From: Candidatus Latescibacterota bacterium
Lineage (GTDB): Bacteria > Latescibacterota > UBA2968
DNA: 64,000 nucleotides
Reading direction: 5' to 3'
Assembly (NCBI GenBank): GCA_965116885.1
Contig: OZ220741.1
Location: 3,520,001-3,584,000, forward strand
Of this stretch, positions 28,395-38,883 are shown one piece after another. The stretch's first letter is position 1, and each line of letters begins with the position of its first letter. Below the pieces are notes generated by a model. The model was not told the DNA's origin. It saw only the letters and a program-made list of their open reading frames with translations, and did no database searches. The translations under genes and the position numbers were made by a program.

Positions 28395-30500
28395 TCAGTT
28401 TTCGATCAGCACGGTGTCCATCGCCGGGACATCGATTGATCTGTCCGCCAGTTCTATGGACTCGGACACTGTTGTAAAGTTTGCAATGGCGATCATGTCG
28501 CTGGTGCGGGACCGGAAGCGATATGCCCTGACCTCGTCCTGGGCTGTTTGCAATCTCTCCACGCCATGGCCTATGCGGCGTGTTCCGGCACGCCCCTGGC
28601 GTATGACACATGCGTAGTCTCGGGCGTTTCTACCGCTCCCTCCGGGACGCAGGAATACGCGGTCCTGGAGCAAGTTTTTCCACCGCTCGGGCGTATTTCT
28701 CTCCGAAGCATCTTCATAGAAAAGTTGCTCGCCACACGTCTCGATCCCCAAACATCCCGCGATCTTGATCCAGGTCGATTCCGTTTCGATCACCCGTGCT
28801 CGTCCGCCGACGCCTCGTATGGTGCAACGACCGCCTTCGAAGGAGATCGGGACCCGGTTGCCGTTCAGGAAATCGTTCATGATATAGACGCCAAATCCCT
28901 CGTTCAGCGAGAGCTCGACATCCGCGACTGTCCAGTCTATCATGAGCGAGGTTTCCCCGTCTTCGAGCGCGACGACGGCGATTGATTGTCGAATGCGACC
29001 GTCCGCGTACTCGATCACGCCTGTGGTTGTGAAGCCTTTTTCCGATGTGTGATCGGTGTGGTAGAGCGGCGTGGGATTCAGACGCCCGCCGTTGATCTCG
29101 AAACGTCCGATGAAAGCGTCCTGGTCCGATCCGAGCGTGTTCTCTCCGCCGGCTGGCAAGACCATTCCCATCACGCTGTGTGATAGGGATCGCCATGCGA
29201 ATGAGAACAGGCCCTGCTTGCTGCGGCGAACCTGTAGCCAGACATAGGGATAGGCATCGGTACCGACCTGCTCGCGTCTGAATTCCTCGACGGATATCGG
29301 CGAGACATTGGGTACGCCGGCAATCACGAGGGTGCCCAGCTGTCCCATGATGCCCGTTTCGAACTGGAAGTAACGACCACCAGCCGCGTGTGGCATTCGG
29401 GCGTTGAATCGACCGTCTTCTGCGTCCCGCATCGACTCGTCCAGATATTTGAGGTTCTGCCACAGCATATGACCTGCAAATCGGTCGCCGAATTCCTCGA
29501 ACAGGACGGCGTGCTGGAAGTTGATGTCGGGTTCGTGGTAGGTCCAGTCCTGGCCGGATGGGTAGGCCGTAAATCCGTTGTAGAGAAAGAAACGCCTCAG
29601 CACCTTCCAGGCATCGTGGACATGGTGCAGGTAGTGGGGGGGAGGTGTCTTGCCCGTCAGTGTGAAGGCGAGGCGTCCCATCATCAAGAGGACGCCACAG
29701 GCGAGGTACCCCGGATGGAAGGAGCCGTGGTTTTCCACGGTGAGGTCGGGGTGGGACGTTTGCGTGCAGACCCAGTCTTTCAGCGGCCTACCGTCGAAGA
29801 GTCGCGTATCGACCCGGTCGAGGTCGGTGGTGAAGGTGTTGATGGCGAACAGCTTGCCCCGGTAGAGCCATTCGTCCGCGTGGGGATGGTCGGGAAGGAG
29901 ACAATACGCCCAGGCCAGAAGATAGCTGTCCCACGCATTTTCCTCTTCCTTTGTGTCGTGCCAGCGTCCGTCCGGAGGATCGACCCCGAGAAATCGATCC
30001 GCTTCAAAGGCGAGCACGCGATGGAAGGCTTCGAGCACGTCCTGATCCAGTTCGTCCGCAACGTGGTTAGCCGCCATTGCGATGTCCGCGATCCAGAGGG
30101 ACGATTCCCAGTCGTCGCCCCACTGACCGTTCCATTCGAGCGGATCCGTCCTTCTCGGCCCGCTCAGATGATGCGCGCAGATCCAGCGGAGGCACCGGTT
30201 CAACCGGTCGAGCAGGACGGGCTTTTCGATTCCGGCGACCGACGGATCGAAGAACGCGCTTTGATGGAGTGCCGCGTAGCCTCGAAGTTCATCGCCCAGG
30301 GATCGGATGATCATTTCGTTGATCGGTCCGCCCGGGGGTTGAAACGCGTTCACATCGAGGGTTCCGAAGTAGCCGTGTTCCTCATCCTCATCGACCCAGT
30401 ACTGCTCGATGTAGGGCACGTGACGACACATCATGTGAACGAGGTCGGCCTCGGACGGAAAAGTCGGTGCGCTCGTGTCGAGTGGGGGATAGTCGATCAT
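28395..30500 (-). CDS. Large hypothetical protein, possible (alpha/alpha)-toroid plus beta-sandwich carbohydrate-active enzyme
   Basis: 701 aa with W/D/E/H-rich blocks (WGDDWESSLW, DTKEEENAWD, ENHGSFHPGY, YPSGQDW) and a beta-rich C-terminal half. Confidence 0.6.
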   Translation of the reverse strand: MIDYPPLDTSAPTFPSEADLVHMMCRHVPYIEQYWVDEDEEHGYFGTLDVNAFQPPGGPINEMIIRSLGDELRGYAALHQSAFFDPSVAGIEKPVLLDRLNRCLRWICAHHLSGPRRTDPLEWNGQWGDDWESSLWIADIAMAANHVADELDQDVLEAFHRVLAFEADRFLGVDPPDGRWHDTKEEENAWDSYLLAWAYCLLPDHPHADEWLYRGKLFAINTFTTDLDRVDTRLFDGRPLKDWVCTQTSHPDLTVENHGSFHPGYLACGVLLMMGRLAFTLTGKTPPPHYLHHVHDAWKVLRRFFLYNGFTAYPSGQDWTYHEPDINFQHAVLFEEFGDRFAGHMLWQNLKYLDESMRDAEDGRFNARMPHAAGGRYFQFETGIMGQLGTLVIAGVPNVSPISVEEFRREQVGTDAYPYVWLQVRRSKQGLFSFAWRSLSHSVMGMVLPAGGENTLGSDQDAFIGRFEINGGRLNPTPLYHTDHTSEKGFTTTGVIEYADGRIRQSIAVVALEDGETSLMIDWTVADVELSLNEGFGVYIMNDFLNGNRVPISFEGGRCTIRGVGGRARVIETESTWIKIAGCLGIETCGEQLFYEDASERNTPERWKNLLQDRVFLRPGGSGRNARDYACVIRQGRAGTRRIGHGVERLQTAQDEVRAYRFRSRTSDMIAIANFTTVSESIELADRSIDVPAMDTVLIEN

Positions 30501-30736
30501 GTGGACGCTCCCAACTCTACGGTTTCGTGTGGTTCGTCGCAGCGGAAAACGACGAGTTTGCCGCCGTCAATGCGGTTTTTCACATCCCGCACGAATTCAC
30601 GGGCGAGGTTGGTATCGTAGAGTACCAGAGCGCCCGGTGACTGTGTGTGGGTTTGGAGTCGCTCCGATTTTTCACGCCAGGTCGATTGAAGCGCGTCGGA
30701 TGCATCCCCTTCTGCGATAAGTATGACGTATGCCAC
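30497..30736 (-). CDS. Small hypothetical protein
   Basis: 79 aa, RBS GGGAGAG before GTG. Its stop overlaps the next start (ATGA), which implies translational coupling. Confidence 0.55.
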   Translation of the reverse strand: MAYVILIAEGDASDALQSTWREKSERLQTHTQSPGALVLYDTNLAREFVRDVKNRIDGGKLVVFRCDEPHETVELGAST

Positions 30737-30760
30737 GTGGTCTCTCCCTGTTGTAGAGAA

Positions 30761-30789
30761 TCCCCACTGGACAACCTATCCAGTGGGGA
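30761..30789. terminator. Perfect 11-bp inverted repeat downstream of the RND operon
   Basis: TCCCCACTGGA-caaccta-TCCAGTGGGGA with only a weak U-tract. Confidence 0.45.
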
Positions 30790-30870
30790 CCTGTATTTTG
30801 TATCAGTACAAGATAATTCCGTTTGGCAATCAGACAAATGAATTTTCTGATCGGAAAGGTCTTCTGTTTT

Positions 30871-33800
30871 TTAAAATCCGTCCGTCGAACGGCTCAAACT
30901 GTACCGGGCATTTGTGACCAGAGAGACAACATCCTCCAGAATCATATACAGACAGGGCACCAACAAAAGAATTATAGACGTTGCGAAAACAATACCAAAT
31001 CCGAGAGAAATTGCCATAGGAATGAGATAATAAGCCTGGCGGGATGTCTCCAAAATAATCGGTGTCAAACCACCGAACGTTGTCAACGTCGTCAGAATAA
31101 TAGGCTTGAAGCGCCGAAGTCCAGCAGTGTGAATCGCCTCAAAAGCCGAACTATGGGCACGCCTTTTATTTGCATAATCGATCATAATCAGTGAGTCATT
31201 TACCACTACACCCGACAGGGCGATCACCCCCATCAAACTGATAAGCGACAAATCATAACCCAGCAAAATATGACCGATCACAGCGCCCACAATCCCAAAC
31301 GGAATCGCCACCATCACAATCAGGGGTTGGACATAGCTGCCAAATGCAATGGCGAGTAACATATACACAATGGCCATCGCCATGGCAAACCCGCCCCACA
31401 GTGCCTGCGTTGACTCGCGCATCTCAGCCTGCGTCCCCTGAAACGTCCAGGTTAATCCCGGATACTCAGCGCGAATTTGTGGCAACACATCGGTTTTAAT
31501 CGCTTCCATAACGCGCGTCATCGCGCGCTTGGGCTCCACATCCATACTCACCGTCACCACGCGCCGACCATCTCGCCGATTAATACTTGTAAACGCTTCG
31601 CCACGCTCAATGGCTACCACATCCATCAAAGGCACTTCTGTGCCATCGGGTGTACGCACAACAAAATCTTCGAGATGGCGAATATCCTTTCGCTCTGCCA
31701 TCGGTAATTTCACGCGCATTTCAATTTCATTTGTACCGCGCAACTGACGCATCGCCAGTGCGCCGTAAAACGCATCGCGCAACTGACGTCCTACCTCAAT
31801 CGGCGTCAATCCCAAATTTCGGCCTTCCGGACGCAACACAAAATCAAACTGCGCTTTACCTTTATTGTAATTGTCACTCACATCGTGCGTCTCTTCAAAC
31901 CCTTCGGCACGCTCTAAAAATGCCCGACTGGCTTTGGCCAACACGTCAATATCCGAATGGCTCAAATCGACACTGATATCCTGTTGCCAACCGCCCGGCC
32001 CACTCTCGGCCTCAAACGTAATCTGACTGACACCATCAATATCCCCGATGTTATCGCGCCATAGAGAGATGATCTCTCCTGTCGTCATATCGTGTTCATC
32101 GGGCGGTTTCATCACAATTTCTACATCGATAAAACTCCCCCCGCGCACATTGGTTTTAATCCCTTCGGCCACGCGGTAAAGGTTGTGCGCTTCAAACATG
32201 CGATGGGTCGATTCGGTCACATCATGTGCAACCCGCGCAGCCTGGTCCCGCGTGGTCCCCACAGGCAATCGGATACCCGCCTCAATCTCGTCGGCAGAAA
32301 CTTCGGGCATCATAATCATACCCATATGATCGCTGTATCCATAACCGCCCACCACCATCAGCAAAGCGACAGCAGATGCAATTGTAACGTACCGATGCCG
32401 AATGCAGACATCCAGAAACCTGCGATAGTGTTGGTCGATAAACCGATTGAAATGGCTGGCAATAGATCGTTGCCAGCGATGCGCAGTGCCATTTACCGGC
32501 GAAACAGCGCGTTTTGAAAGGTGCCCGAGGTGTGCAGGCAAAATAAACAGCGCCTCCAAAAGAGACACGGCCAGCACAGTGATCACAACCGCAGGCAATG
32601 GCCACCAGAATTTTCCCGTGGTGCCGGGCATAAACAAAAGCGGCAGAAAGGCCACAATCGTAGTCAAAATGCTGAACGTAACCGGCCTGGCAATATCATG
32701 TGTACCCGCAATGGCCGCCTGCATCGGGCTCATACCTCGTTCCCGATATTCATGTACATTTTCTCCCACAACAATCGCGTCATCCACGACAATGCCGAGC
32801 ACCACCAAAAATGCAAACATAGAAACCATATTGATGCTCACATCAATAGCAGGCAGAAACACCAGACCGCCAATGAAAGAAATGGCCATCCCCATCATCA
32901 CCCAAAATGCAAGCCGAAACTCGAGGAACATCGCCAGAATAAGCAAAACAATCACGATAGCCAGCATCCCGTTTTCGATCAGCAAAAACAACCGATCTTT
33001 GTAATCCTCTGCACTGTTGCTGTCGATCCGATACTTCACACCAGGCGGCAGGGTGGTCTCAAAATCTGCTATGATATTTTTAACGGCCTCGGCAATCTCA
33101 AGTGGCGATTGATTCCCAATCCGATAGATATCCACACCAACTGTAAGCTGCCGATTAAACCGTTCGTGAAATCCGCCTTCTTCAAAGCCATCCGTGATCT
33201 TTGCCAGGTCCGCCAGTGTAACCCCACCACCGCCTTCTGAAGGGATAATCACAATACGACCATATTCATCTGCCCACTGCTTGCGCTCTTTCATGCGCAA
33301 CAAAATTTCACCCGTACCCGTCTCCACAGAACCCGCGGGAATGTCTTCACTCGACGAAACAATCACGCGTGCCACATCGCGTAGTGTAAGACCGTATTCA
33401 CGCAACCTGTGCTGAGGAATTTCAATATGCGTCCTGTATTCTGGCACATTGCCAAGCTCGACCTGTGTAATGGTCGGATCGCTCAGCAATCGATCCCTTA
33501 GCTGTTCGGCCAGACTTCTCAGCGTGCCGATATCCACATCGCCATACAGCCCAATATCCATCACATTGCGCTGTTGTGCCCTCAGGCTGACTTCGGGTTG
33601 TTCTATATCATCGGGAAATGTCCGAATTCGATTGACTGCCTGATCGATATCCTGAAAGGCTTTCCCCCGGTTGGTGCCTGCCACCAGTTCAATGGTTACA
33701 CTCCCACGCCCCTCGCGGGCCTGCGACGTCATCTCCTCAATCCCCTGCACACCGCGCACAGCTTCTTCTATCGGCTGTAAAATCCCCTGTTCCACCTCCG

Positions 33801-34005
33801 CAGGTGCCGCACCCGGATAGCCCACACTGACCGAGACGATATCCAGTTCATACTGTGGATAGACCTCCTTCTGGATATGAAAAGCTGTCCAGATCCCGCC
33901 CACAATGAGGATGATCATAAACAGATTGGCCGCAATAGCATTGCGCGCCATCCAGGCAATCGGACCGCGTGCTTCTTCAAATGTATCCTGTGTCTCATTC
34001 ATCAC
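30871..34005 (-). CDS. RND efflux transporter permease subunit (AcrB/MdtB-like)
   Basis: 1044 aa with [30 protein letters not shown] and RFKPIILTT, and a 12-TM pattern. Confidence 0.96.
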   Translation of the reverse strand: MMNETQDTFEEARGPIAWMARNAIAANLFMIILIVGGIWTAFHIQKEVYPQYELDIVSVSVGYPGAAPAEVEQGILQPIEEAVRGVQGIEEMTSQAREGRGSVTIELVAGTNRGKAFQDIDQAVNRIRTFPDDIEQPEVSLRAQQRNVMDIGLYGDVDIGTLRSLAEQLRDRLLSDPTITQVELGNVPEYRTHIEIPQHRLREYGLTLRDVARVIVSSSEDIPAGSVETGTGEILLRMKERKQWADEYGRIVIIPSEGGGGVTLADLAKITDGFEEGGFHERFNRQLTVGVDIYRIGNQSPLEIAEAVKNIIADFETTLPPGVKYRIDSNSAEDYKDRLFLLIENGMLAIVIVLLILAMFLEFRLAFWVMMGMAISFIGGLVFLPAIDVSINMVSMFAFLVVLGIVVDDAIVVGENVHEYRERGMSPMQAAIAGTHDIARPVTFSILTTIVAFLPLLFMPGTTGKFWWPLPAVVITVLAVSLLEALFILPAHLGHLSKRAVSPVNGTAHRWQRSIASHFNRFIDQHYRRFLDVCIRHRYVTIASAVALLMVVGGYGYSDHMGMIMMPEVSADEIEAGIRLPVGTTRDQAARVAHDVTESTHRMFEAHNLYRVAEGIKTNVRGGSFIDVEIVMKPPDEHDMTTGEIISLWRDNIGDIDGVSQITFEAESGPGGWQQDISVDLSHSDIDVLAKASRAFLERAEGFEETHDVSDNYNKGKAQFDFVLRPEGRNLGLTPIEVGRQLRDAFYGALAMRQLRGTNEIEMRVKLPMAERKDIRHLEDFVVRTPDGTEVPLMDVVAIERGEAFTSINRRDGRRVVTVSMDVEPKRAMTRVMEAIKTDVLPQIRAEYPGLTWTFQGTQAEMRESTQALWGGFAMAMAIVYMLLAIAFGSYVQPLIVMVAIPFGIVGAVIGHILLGYDLSLISLMGVIALSGVVVNDSLIMIDYANKRRAHSSAFEAIHTAGLRRFKPIILTTLTTFGGLTPIILETSRQAYYLIPMAISLGFGIVFATSIILLLVPCLYMILEDVVSLVTNARYSLSRSTDGF

Positions 34006-35201
34006 CGGGTATCTCCCAGGGTTTTAGGATCTTCCGCCCCAACGCTTTTCATACGCAATTCTGCACCATCAGCGACTCGAGACAAATTGGTCGTAACCAC
34101 CCGATCCTTATCTTGCAACCCATCCGATATATAAGCATAGTCGGCATCTTGAAAAACGATCTCAACAGGCTGAATTCGCAACAGACCGTCTTTCATCACC
34201 CAGACCGTATTGCCAGCCCGGATATAATCGCGTGCCAGGCGTACCACATTGGGAATTTCGTTGGCCTCAATATGCGTCTCGACAAATGCGCCAATCATCA
34301 ACGGAGATAGATGATCAGATCCATCTTGATGAGCAAGCGGGTCAGAAACGGAAATCAGTACCTGCGCCATACGCGTCTTTTCTGCCAAAGCACCAATGAG
34401 TCTGTGAAGAGAGCCTGTGCGATAAGTTCCTTTTTTTTGGGTCACGCGATTGCGAATCTGCACCAGCGATCCCTTTTCTGCCTCGCTGTTGGGAAAAGAA
34501 AGCCACGGAATTTTGGAAAGCGGAACGGTCGTCACCACCCAGTATGTATCCAGACCAACCAGACGCCCGAGATTATCGCGTGGAGAAATTAGAGAACCCA
34601 CATTGGCATTGCGACTTAAAATGTGCGCGTCAAAAGGTGCTTTAATGGTTGTTCTCTGCAATTCCAGTTCAGCCTGATTCACTGCCGCCTGTGCCGCTTC
34701 TACCCGTGCCCGAACTGCATTGAGCTGAGGTTGGCGCAGCACAAGCGCCTCAAGCTCACCCGACAGCGTCTCATTCAGAATCTGATAATCTTTCTGCGCC
34801 ACATTCTGCCGTCCCATCTCAATATTTAAATCAGCAGTGGCACGACGCAGATCGCTCTTTTTTTGCAAAAGTGCATTCTGATAATCTGCCGGATCAATCT
34901 GCAACAGTACCTGACCCTTTTTGACAAACCCACCCGGCGTAAAAGTTGATGACAGCGAAAGTACCCGTCCACCGACTTGTGGACTCAAGATGATATCCTG
35001 TTCTGCTTCAACCGTCCCCGTCGCTACAATCACAGGGCGATACGTACCGCGTTGCACCTCAAACACATCGACGAGCATCGCGGTTTTCTTAGTCGCCGCA
35101 ACGCGAGTCGCCGTAGGCTCCGTCATAAAAATCAACGCAGTAATACCTGCACCCACAACCAGAATACAAAAACAAATAATCAGTCCTTTTTTGCTATCCA
35201 C
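34002..35201 (-). CDS. RND efflux periplasmic adaptor (membrane fusion protein)
   Basis: N-terminal [16 protein letters not shown] lipoyl motif, coiled coil and TTIKAPFD. Confidence 0.94.
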   Translation of the reverse strand: MDSKKGLIICFCILVVGAGITALIFMTEPTATRVAATKKTAMLVDVFEVQRGTYRPVIVATGTVEAEQDIILSPQVGGRVLSLSSTFTPGGFVKKGQVLLQIDPADYQNALLQKKSDLRRATADLNIEMGRQNVAQKDYQILNETLSGELEALVLRQPQLNAVRARVEAAQAAVNQAELELQRTTIKAPFDAHILSRNANVGSLISPRDNLGRLVGLDTYWVVTTVPLSKIPWLSFPNSEAEKGSLVQIRNRVTQKKGTYRTGSLHRLIGALAEKTRMAQVLISVSDPLAHQDGSDHLSPLMIGAFVETHIEANEIPNVVRLARDYIRAGNTVWVMKDGLLRIQPVEIVFQDADYAYISDGLQDKDRVVTTNLSRVADGAELRMKSVGAEDPKTLGDTR

Positions 35202-35324
35202 GTTATGCCATCCGTTTATAATGATTTATCAAATAGCCCATAAAACCCACAGCCTTTAGGCGTGGGATATGAGGGCTTGCGGTTTTGGTCTCTGCGAGTG
35301 CTTTAGCATGAGTGCTCTTTCTGC

Positions 35325-35353
35325 TTGACAAAAATGATACATAAGTGTATATT
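35325..35353 (+). promoter_or_regulatory. tnpB promoter (probably leaderless)
   Basis: TTGACA, 17 bp, TATATT, with ATG 35360 only 6 nt downstream and no RBS. Confidence 0.7.
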
Positions 35354-35359
35354 TTACTT

Positions 35360-36484
35360 ATGTTTAAGTCATTCAAATACAGATTGCGCCCAACCAAAAA
35401 ACAAGAGAATATCTTGCTGGCGCATATTGACCAATGCCGCATTCTCTACAACCAACTTGTCTGTGCGAGAATACAAGCATGGAAAAATGAGAATAAGTCC
35501 CTCTCTCAATATGACCAGACCAAAACAATACCATTGTTAAAACAACAACACGCCGCTTTCAAGCAAGTATATAGCCAGGTATTGCAACAAGTGTCAGCAA
35601 GAGTAGATTTGGCATTCAAAGGATTCTTTCGCCGTCTCAAAGAGAAGTCAAAGACAGGCGAGAAAGCAGGCTTTCCCAGATACAAGAATGAGAATCGCTA
35701 TGATTCTATCACCTATCCTCAGTTTGCCAATGGTTGCCGATTGGACGACAAGGGCTTGCGATTGGGCAGTATAGGCTGTATTCGTGTTGTCCAGCACAGA
35801 CCGCTTGAGGGTATCCCTAAGTCTTGCACAATCACACGCACAGCAACAGGCAAGTGGTTCGCGTCTATCTCTTGCGATATTGGCGACAATGACAGGAAAA
35901 ATGACAATGGTTCTGCTGTTGGCATTGATGTGGGTCTTACGTCCTTTGCTGTGACCAGTGACGGACAGAAAATAGAGAATCAGAGATTCTTTCGCAAAGA
36001 GGAAAAGGCTCTTGCCAAAGCACAGCGCAAATGGGACGCGGTGAAAAAAAGACCCAAGATCGACGCGGTAAGAGAAAAGCGTCGTAAAGTCATTGGTAGA
36101 GTGCATGAGCGCATCCGTAACAAACGACATAACTTTGCCCATCAAGCATCAAGAAAAATAGTCAATCGCCATAGCTTCATAGCCGTAGAGAAACTGGACA
36201 TAAAAGAGATGCAGAAGAATAGGCGATTGTCTAAATCAATAGCAGACGTAGCGTGGTCCCTGTTTCGGCACTGTCTCAAATACAAAGCGGAAGAGGCTGG
36301 TATTGGATTCAAGGCCGTTGATCCTAAGCACACGTCACAAGATTGCTCTGCATGCGGACATAGAGAAAAAAAACCACTTTCTCAGCGTGTGCATCATTGC
36401 AAAGTATGTGGCTATACGACGGACAGAGACCACAACGCTGCGATAAACATATTGACGTTGGGACTACAACGTCAGGCGGATTGA
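35360..36484 (+). CDS. tnpB: RNA-guided endonuclease TnpB
   Basis: FKYRLRPTKKQ N-terminus, GFPRYK, RuvC D-E-D intact (GIDVG, IAVEKL, DRDHNAA) and zinc finger CSAC...CKVC. Confidence 0.96.
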   Translation: MFKSFKYRLRPTKKQENILLAHIDQCRILYNQLVCARIQAWKNENKSLSQYDQTKTIPLLKQQHAAFKQVYSQVLQQVSARVDLAFKGFFRRLKEKSKTGEKAGFPRYKNENRYDSITYPQFANGCRLDDKGLRLGSIGCIRVVQHRPLEGIPKSCTITRTATGKWFASISCDIGDNDRKNDNGSAVGIDVGLTSFAVTSDGQKIENQRFFRKEEKALAKAQRKWDAVKKRPKIDAVREKRRKVIGRVHERIRNKRHNFAHQASRKIVNRHSFIAVEKLDIKEMQKNRRLSKSIADVAWSLFRHCLKYKAEEAGIGFKAVDPKHTSQDCSACGHREKKPLSQRVHHCKVCGYTTDRDHNAAINILTLGLQRQAD

Positions 36485-36550
36485 CCGCCAAGAAGCCCAC
36501 TCGCAGAGAGCTTTAGCGTTGGGAGTAGTCACTACGAGCAATTTCAAAAC
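36400..36550 (+). ncRNA. Putative omegaRNA (reRNA) of TnpB, with guide from 36533
   Basis: Inferred from known TnpB biology: the scaffold overlaps the tnpB 3' end and right end, and the guide is the flank after TCAC. The 5' boundary is a guess. Confidence 0.5.
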
Positions 36551-37877
36551 CACCTGCGAGCGCCCGATAAAGCGCAATGCGGAATTCCAGCAAATCGAGT
36601 TTTGCAGAGATCAACGCTCGCCGGAGCCTCTGTTCGTTTGTCAGCGCGGTAAGCACGTCGAGATAATCGCTGATGCCATTTAAATACTCCAGCCTTAACT
36701 GGTCATACGTCTGCCTCACCAGAGCGACCTGCGCTTCGAGACTCGCGATACGTTCAACCTGTTTTTGTTCTTGAACCAATGCATTTTCCACTTCGGCAAA
36801 TGCCGTCAAAACCGTCTGCCCATAAGCCGAGAGTTGCGCGCTTTGGTTGGCTTGATTGCGCTTGATTTCTGCCCCCCGTTCACCGCCATCGATAACGGGT
36901 AGCAAAAGATTGCCTATCAGATTTCCCACCCAATCTTTAAACAGACCACCGCGATCATCACCCGATGCCAATGCTGTCAGGCTCAAACGCGGATACCGAT
37001 TGCTGATAGCAACCGCCACATCGCGATCCGCCGCCAGCAGCAGGTTATAAGCCCTTTTGACATCTGGACGTCGCTGAATCAACTCAACGGGCAAACCCGT
37101 ATCCGGCAGAGGTGGCAGATCTGGCAAAGCGCGATGTGTATAGGCAATTCCATCCTGAGGGGCATAGCCCGACAGAACAGCGAGCTGGTGTTCTAACACC
37201 TCGATTCTGGATTCTGTCGCGATTTTTTGTTCGCGTGTGGATTCGATCAATTGCCTTTGTCGCAAAATATCCACACTGCGAATCTGCCCACTGCCAAAAC
37301 GCGTGCGAATCAGACTCAGCACTTGCCGATTGGTCTCAATCTGATGCTCAAAGAGTTCGTGCTGATTTTGTGCTTCTATCAACTGAAAATAAGTACGCGC
37401 GACCTCTGCAGAAAGCGACAATGCCGCAGTCTGATAATCCGCCTCAGTCGCCCGCATTCGATAGCGCGCGGCATCCACACCCGAACGAATCTGCCCCCAC
37501 AGATCTATTTCGTATTCGGACGTGATGCCCAAACGGATCTGTGCATTATTTTCAGAATCGGGACGTTGAACCTCACCGCGTCCGGATACTTCCAGCGTTG
37601 GAAACCGACCAGCCCCTTCGCGATCCACAACAGCCTGTGCACTTCGCAACCGATGCCACGCTGTTTCCAAATTGAAATTGGACTGCAATGCGCGATCGAC
37701 CAGGCTGTCCATACGCGCATCTCCAAAAGCGGTCCACCACCGTTCAGAAAGCGCCTGTGAGGCATGACTGGAAAAAGCTGTGGGAGGTTCAAAAGGAAGG
37801 GTGAGATTTGCAGACCTGGGCGAACACCCAAAAACAAACGCGAGCCAGATCAAAAGAAACAAGCGAATATATAGCAT
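36513..37877 (-). CDS. RND efflux outer membrane factor (NodT/TolC-like lipoprotein)
   Basis: Lipobox VFGC, WWTAFGD, YEIDLWG, LIQRRPDV and LYRALAGG. The last residues are supplied by the IS right end. Confidence 0.93.
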   Translation of the reverse strand: MLYIRLFLLIWLAFVFGCSPRSANLTLPFEPPTAFSSHASQALSERWWTAFGDARMDSLVDRALQSNFNLETAWHRLRSAQAVVDREGAGRFPTLEVSGRGEVQRPDSENNAQIRLGITSEYEIDLWGQIRSGVDAARYRMRATEADYQTAALSLSAEVARTYFQLIEAQNQHELFEHQIETNRQVLSLIRTRFGSGQIRSVDILRQRQLIESTREQKIATESRIEVLEHQLAVLSGYAPQDGIAYTHRALPDLPPLPDTGLPVELIQRRPDVKRAYNLLLAADRDVAVAISNRYPRLSLTALASGDDRGGLFKDWVGNLIGNLLLPVIDGGERGAEIKRNQANQSAQLSAYGQTVLTAFAEVENALVQEQKQVERIASLEAQVALVRQTYDQLRLEYLNGISDYLDVLTALTNEQRLRRALISAKLDLLEFRIALYRALAGGFEIARSDYSQR

Positions 37878-37954
37878 GTGTAAGATAATTTCCAAATGGC
37901 CACAAACATCCGTTTCAATACAAAATGACAGCTTGTAATGTAAACTGCCACAAT

Positions 37955-37983
37955 ATAATAACCAAATAGAATTATGGGATCAA
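37955..37983 (-). promoter_or_regulatory. Candidate promoter of the RND operon
   Basis: TTGATC, 17 bp, TATTAT on the minus strand. Confidence 0.45.
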
Positions 37984-38021
37984 GTAACCACTTACTTATC
38001 TGCTCTGCTGATAGAGAAGCG

Positions 38022-38864
38022 TCAGGTGAGGTAGTGCGAGGGTGTTCTAAATTCGTGGGATTTCTCGTATTCGCTCGAGGGCTTCGCATTCCGAACTGTC
38101 TCGGGTACGTCACCGTCCCACCAACTGGGGGGATTGGGAAAGGAAAAGACGTCGTGCCAGGCAAGGAGTAGCGTTCGGCGTTTAGCTGTCTGGTTGGGCC
38201 ACGCGCCGTGGAGGATGCGCGCGTCTGCGATGATCAGGTCTCCTGCGTTTAAGGGGATATCTACCGCATCGGGGTAGTCTGCGAACGCGGGATGCGACAG
38301 GTCGTCGATCGCCTGAATCTCGGATCCGTGAGCCTTAGGCAGGATATCGTGCAGTTCGTGGCGTTTCCGATGGCTGCCGGGGATTATGCGGAGGCATCCA
38401 TTCTCGCGCGTGGTGTCCGTCAGGTAGTAGGACAAGAAGATGCGTATCGGCCAGGGCGTCGCGGCCTCGGGGCTCTGCCATTTCATGAAGTCCTGATGCC
38501 AGTAGAGGGGCGGGCCGTATCCGGGCTTAGATAGGATGATCACGGTGTCGTCCGATACGAGATTCTCGAGTCCAATTTGTCGGCAGGCTTCGAGTTGCGC
38601 AGGCTGATCGATGATCTCCTCGGCGATCGGATCGGGAAACCGATTCTCGGCTGTAGGCCTTCCCTCACGCCATCGGCGTTCCGTGCTAACGAAGATATCG
38701 CTGCCCTGGTACCGGATCTTGTGGGGAACTGTCACGCGTTCGAAGATGCGGTCGGACCATGTCCTGAGCCTGTCCAGCAGGTCCGTATCCATCACACCAG
38801 GTACAATGGTGTAACCCAACTCGACCAACTCCCGCCGCTTTACCAGCGCCTGCTCACTCGTCAT
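38022..38864 (-). CDS. PhyH-family dioxygenase
   Basis: WHQD, ENGCLRIIPGSH, LHGA and RRT. Confidence 0.92.
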   Translation of the reverse strand: MTSEQALVKRRELVELGYTIVPGVMDTDLLDRLRTWSDRIFERVTVPHKIRYQGSDIFVSTERRWREGRPTAENRFPDPIAEEIIDQPAQLEACRQIGLENLVSDDTVIILSKPGYGPPLYWHQDFMKWQSPEAATPWPIRIFLSYYLTDTTRENGCLRIIPGSHRKRHELHDILPKAHGSEIQAIDDLSHPAFADYPDAVDIPLNAGDLIIADARILHGAWPNQTAKRRTLLLAWHDVFSFPNPPSWWDGDVPETVRNAKPSSEYEKSHEFRTPSHYLT

Positions 38865-38883
38865 GTCTCAATCCTTTCGGTTA

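Larger units (their letters stand above)
35230..36532 (+). mobile_element. IS200/IS605-family element, tnpB-only (IS1341-type)
   Basis: Left end follows TTTAT (35225-35229), with AAAA guide and hairpin CCCACAGCCTTTAGGCGTGGG (35246-35266). Right end has GAAG guide, hairpin 36496-36523, and ends in TCAC. No target duplication. Excision restores the OMF 3' end in frame. Confidence 0.9.

Noticed and set aside
29388..30620. 410-aa plus-strand ORF
   Set aside because: Antisense shadow of the GC-rich gene 28395-30500, with no motifs.
35360..36484. TnpB as a domesticated regulator (TldR) or Cas12 effector
   Set aside because: All three RuvC acidic residues are intact, both IS ends are present, the guide matches the element's own flank, and there is no CRISPR array.
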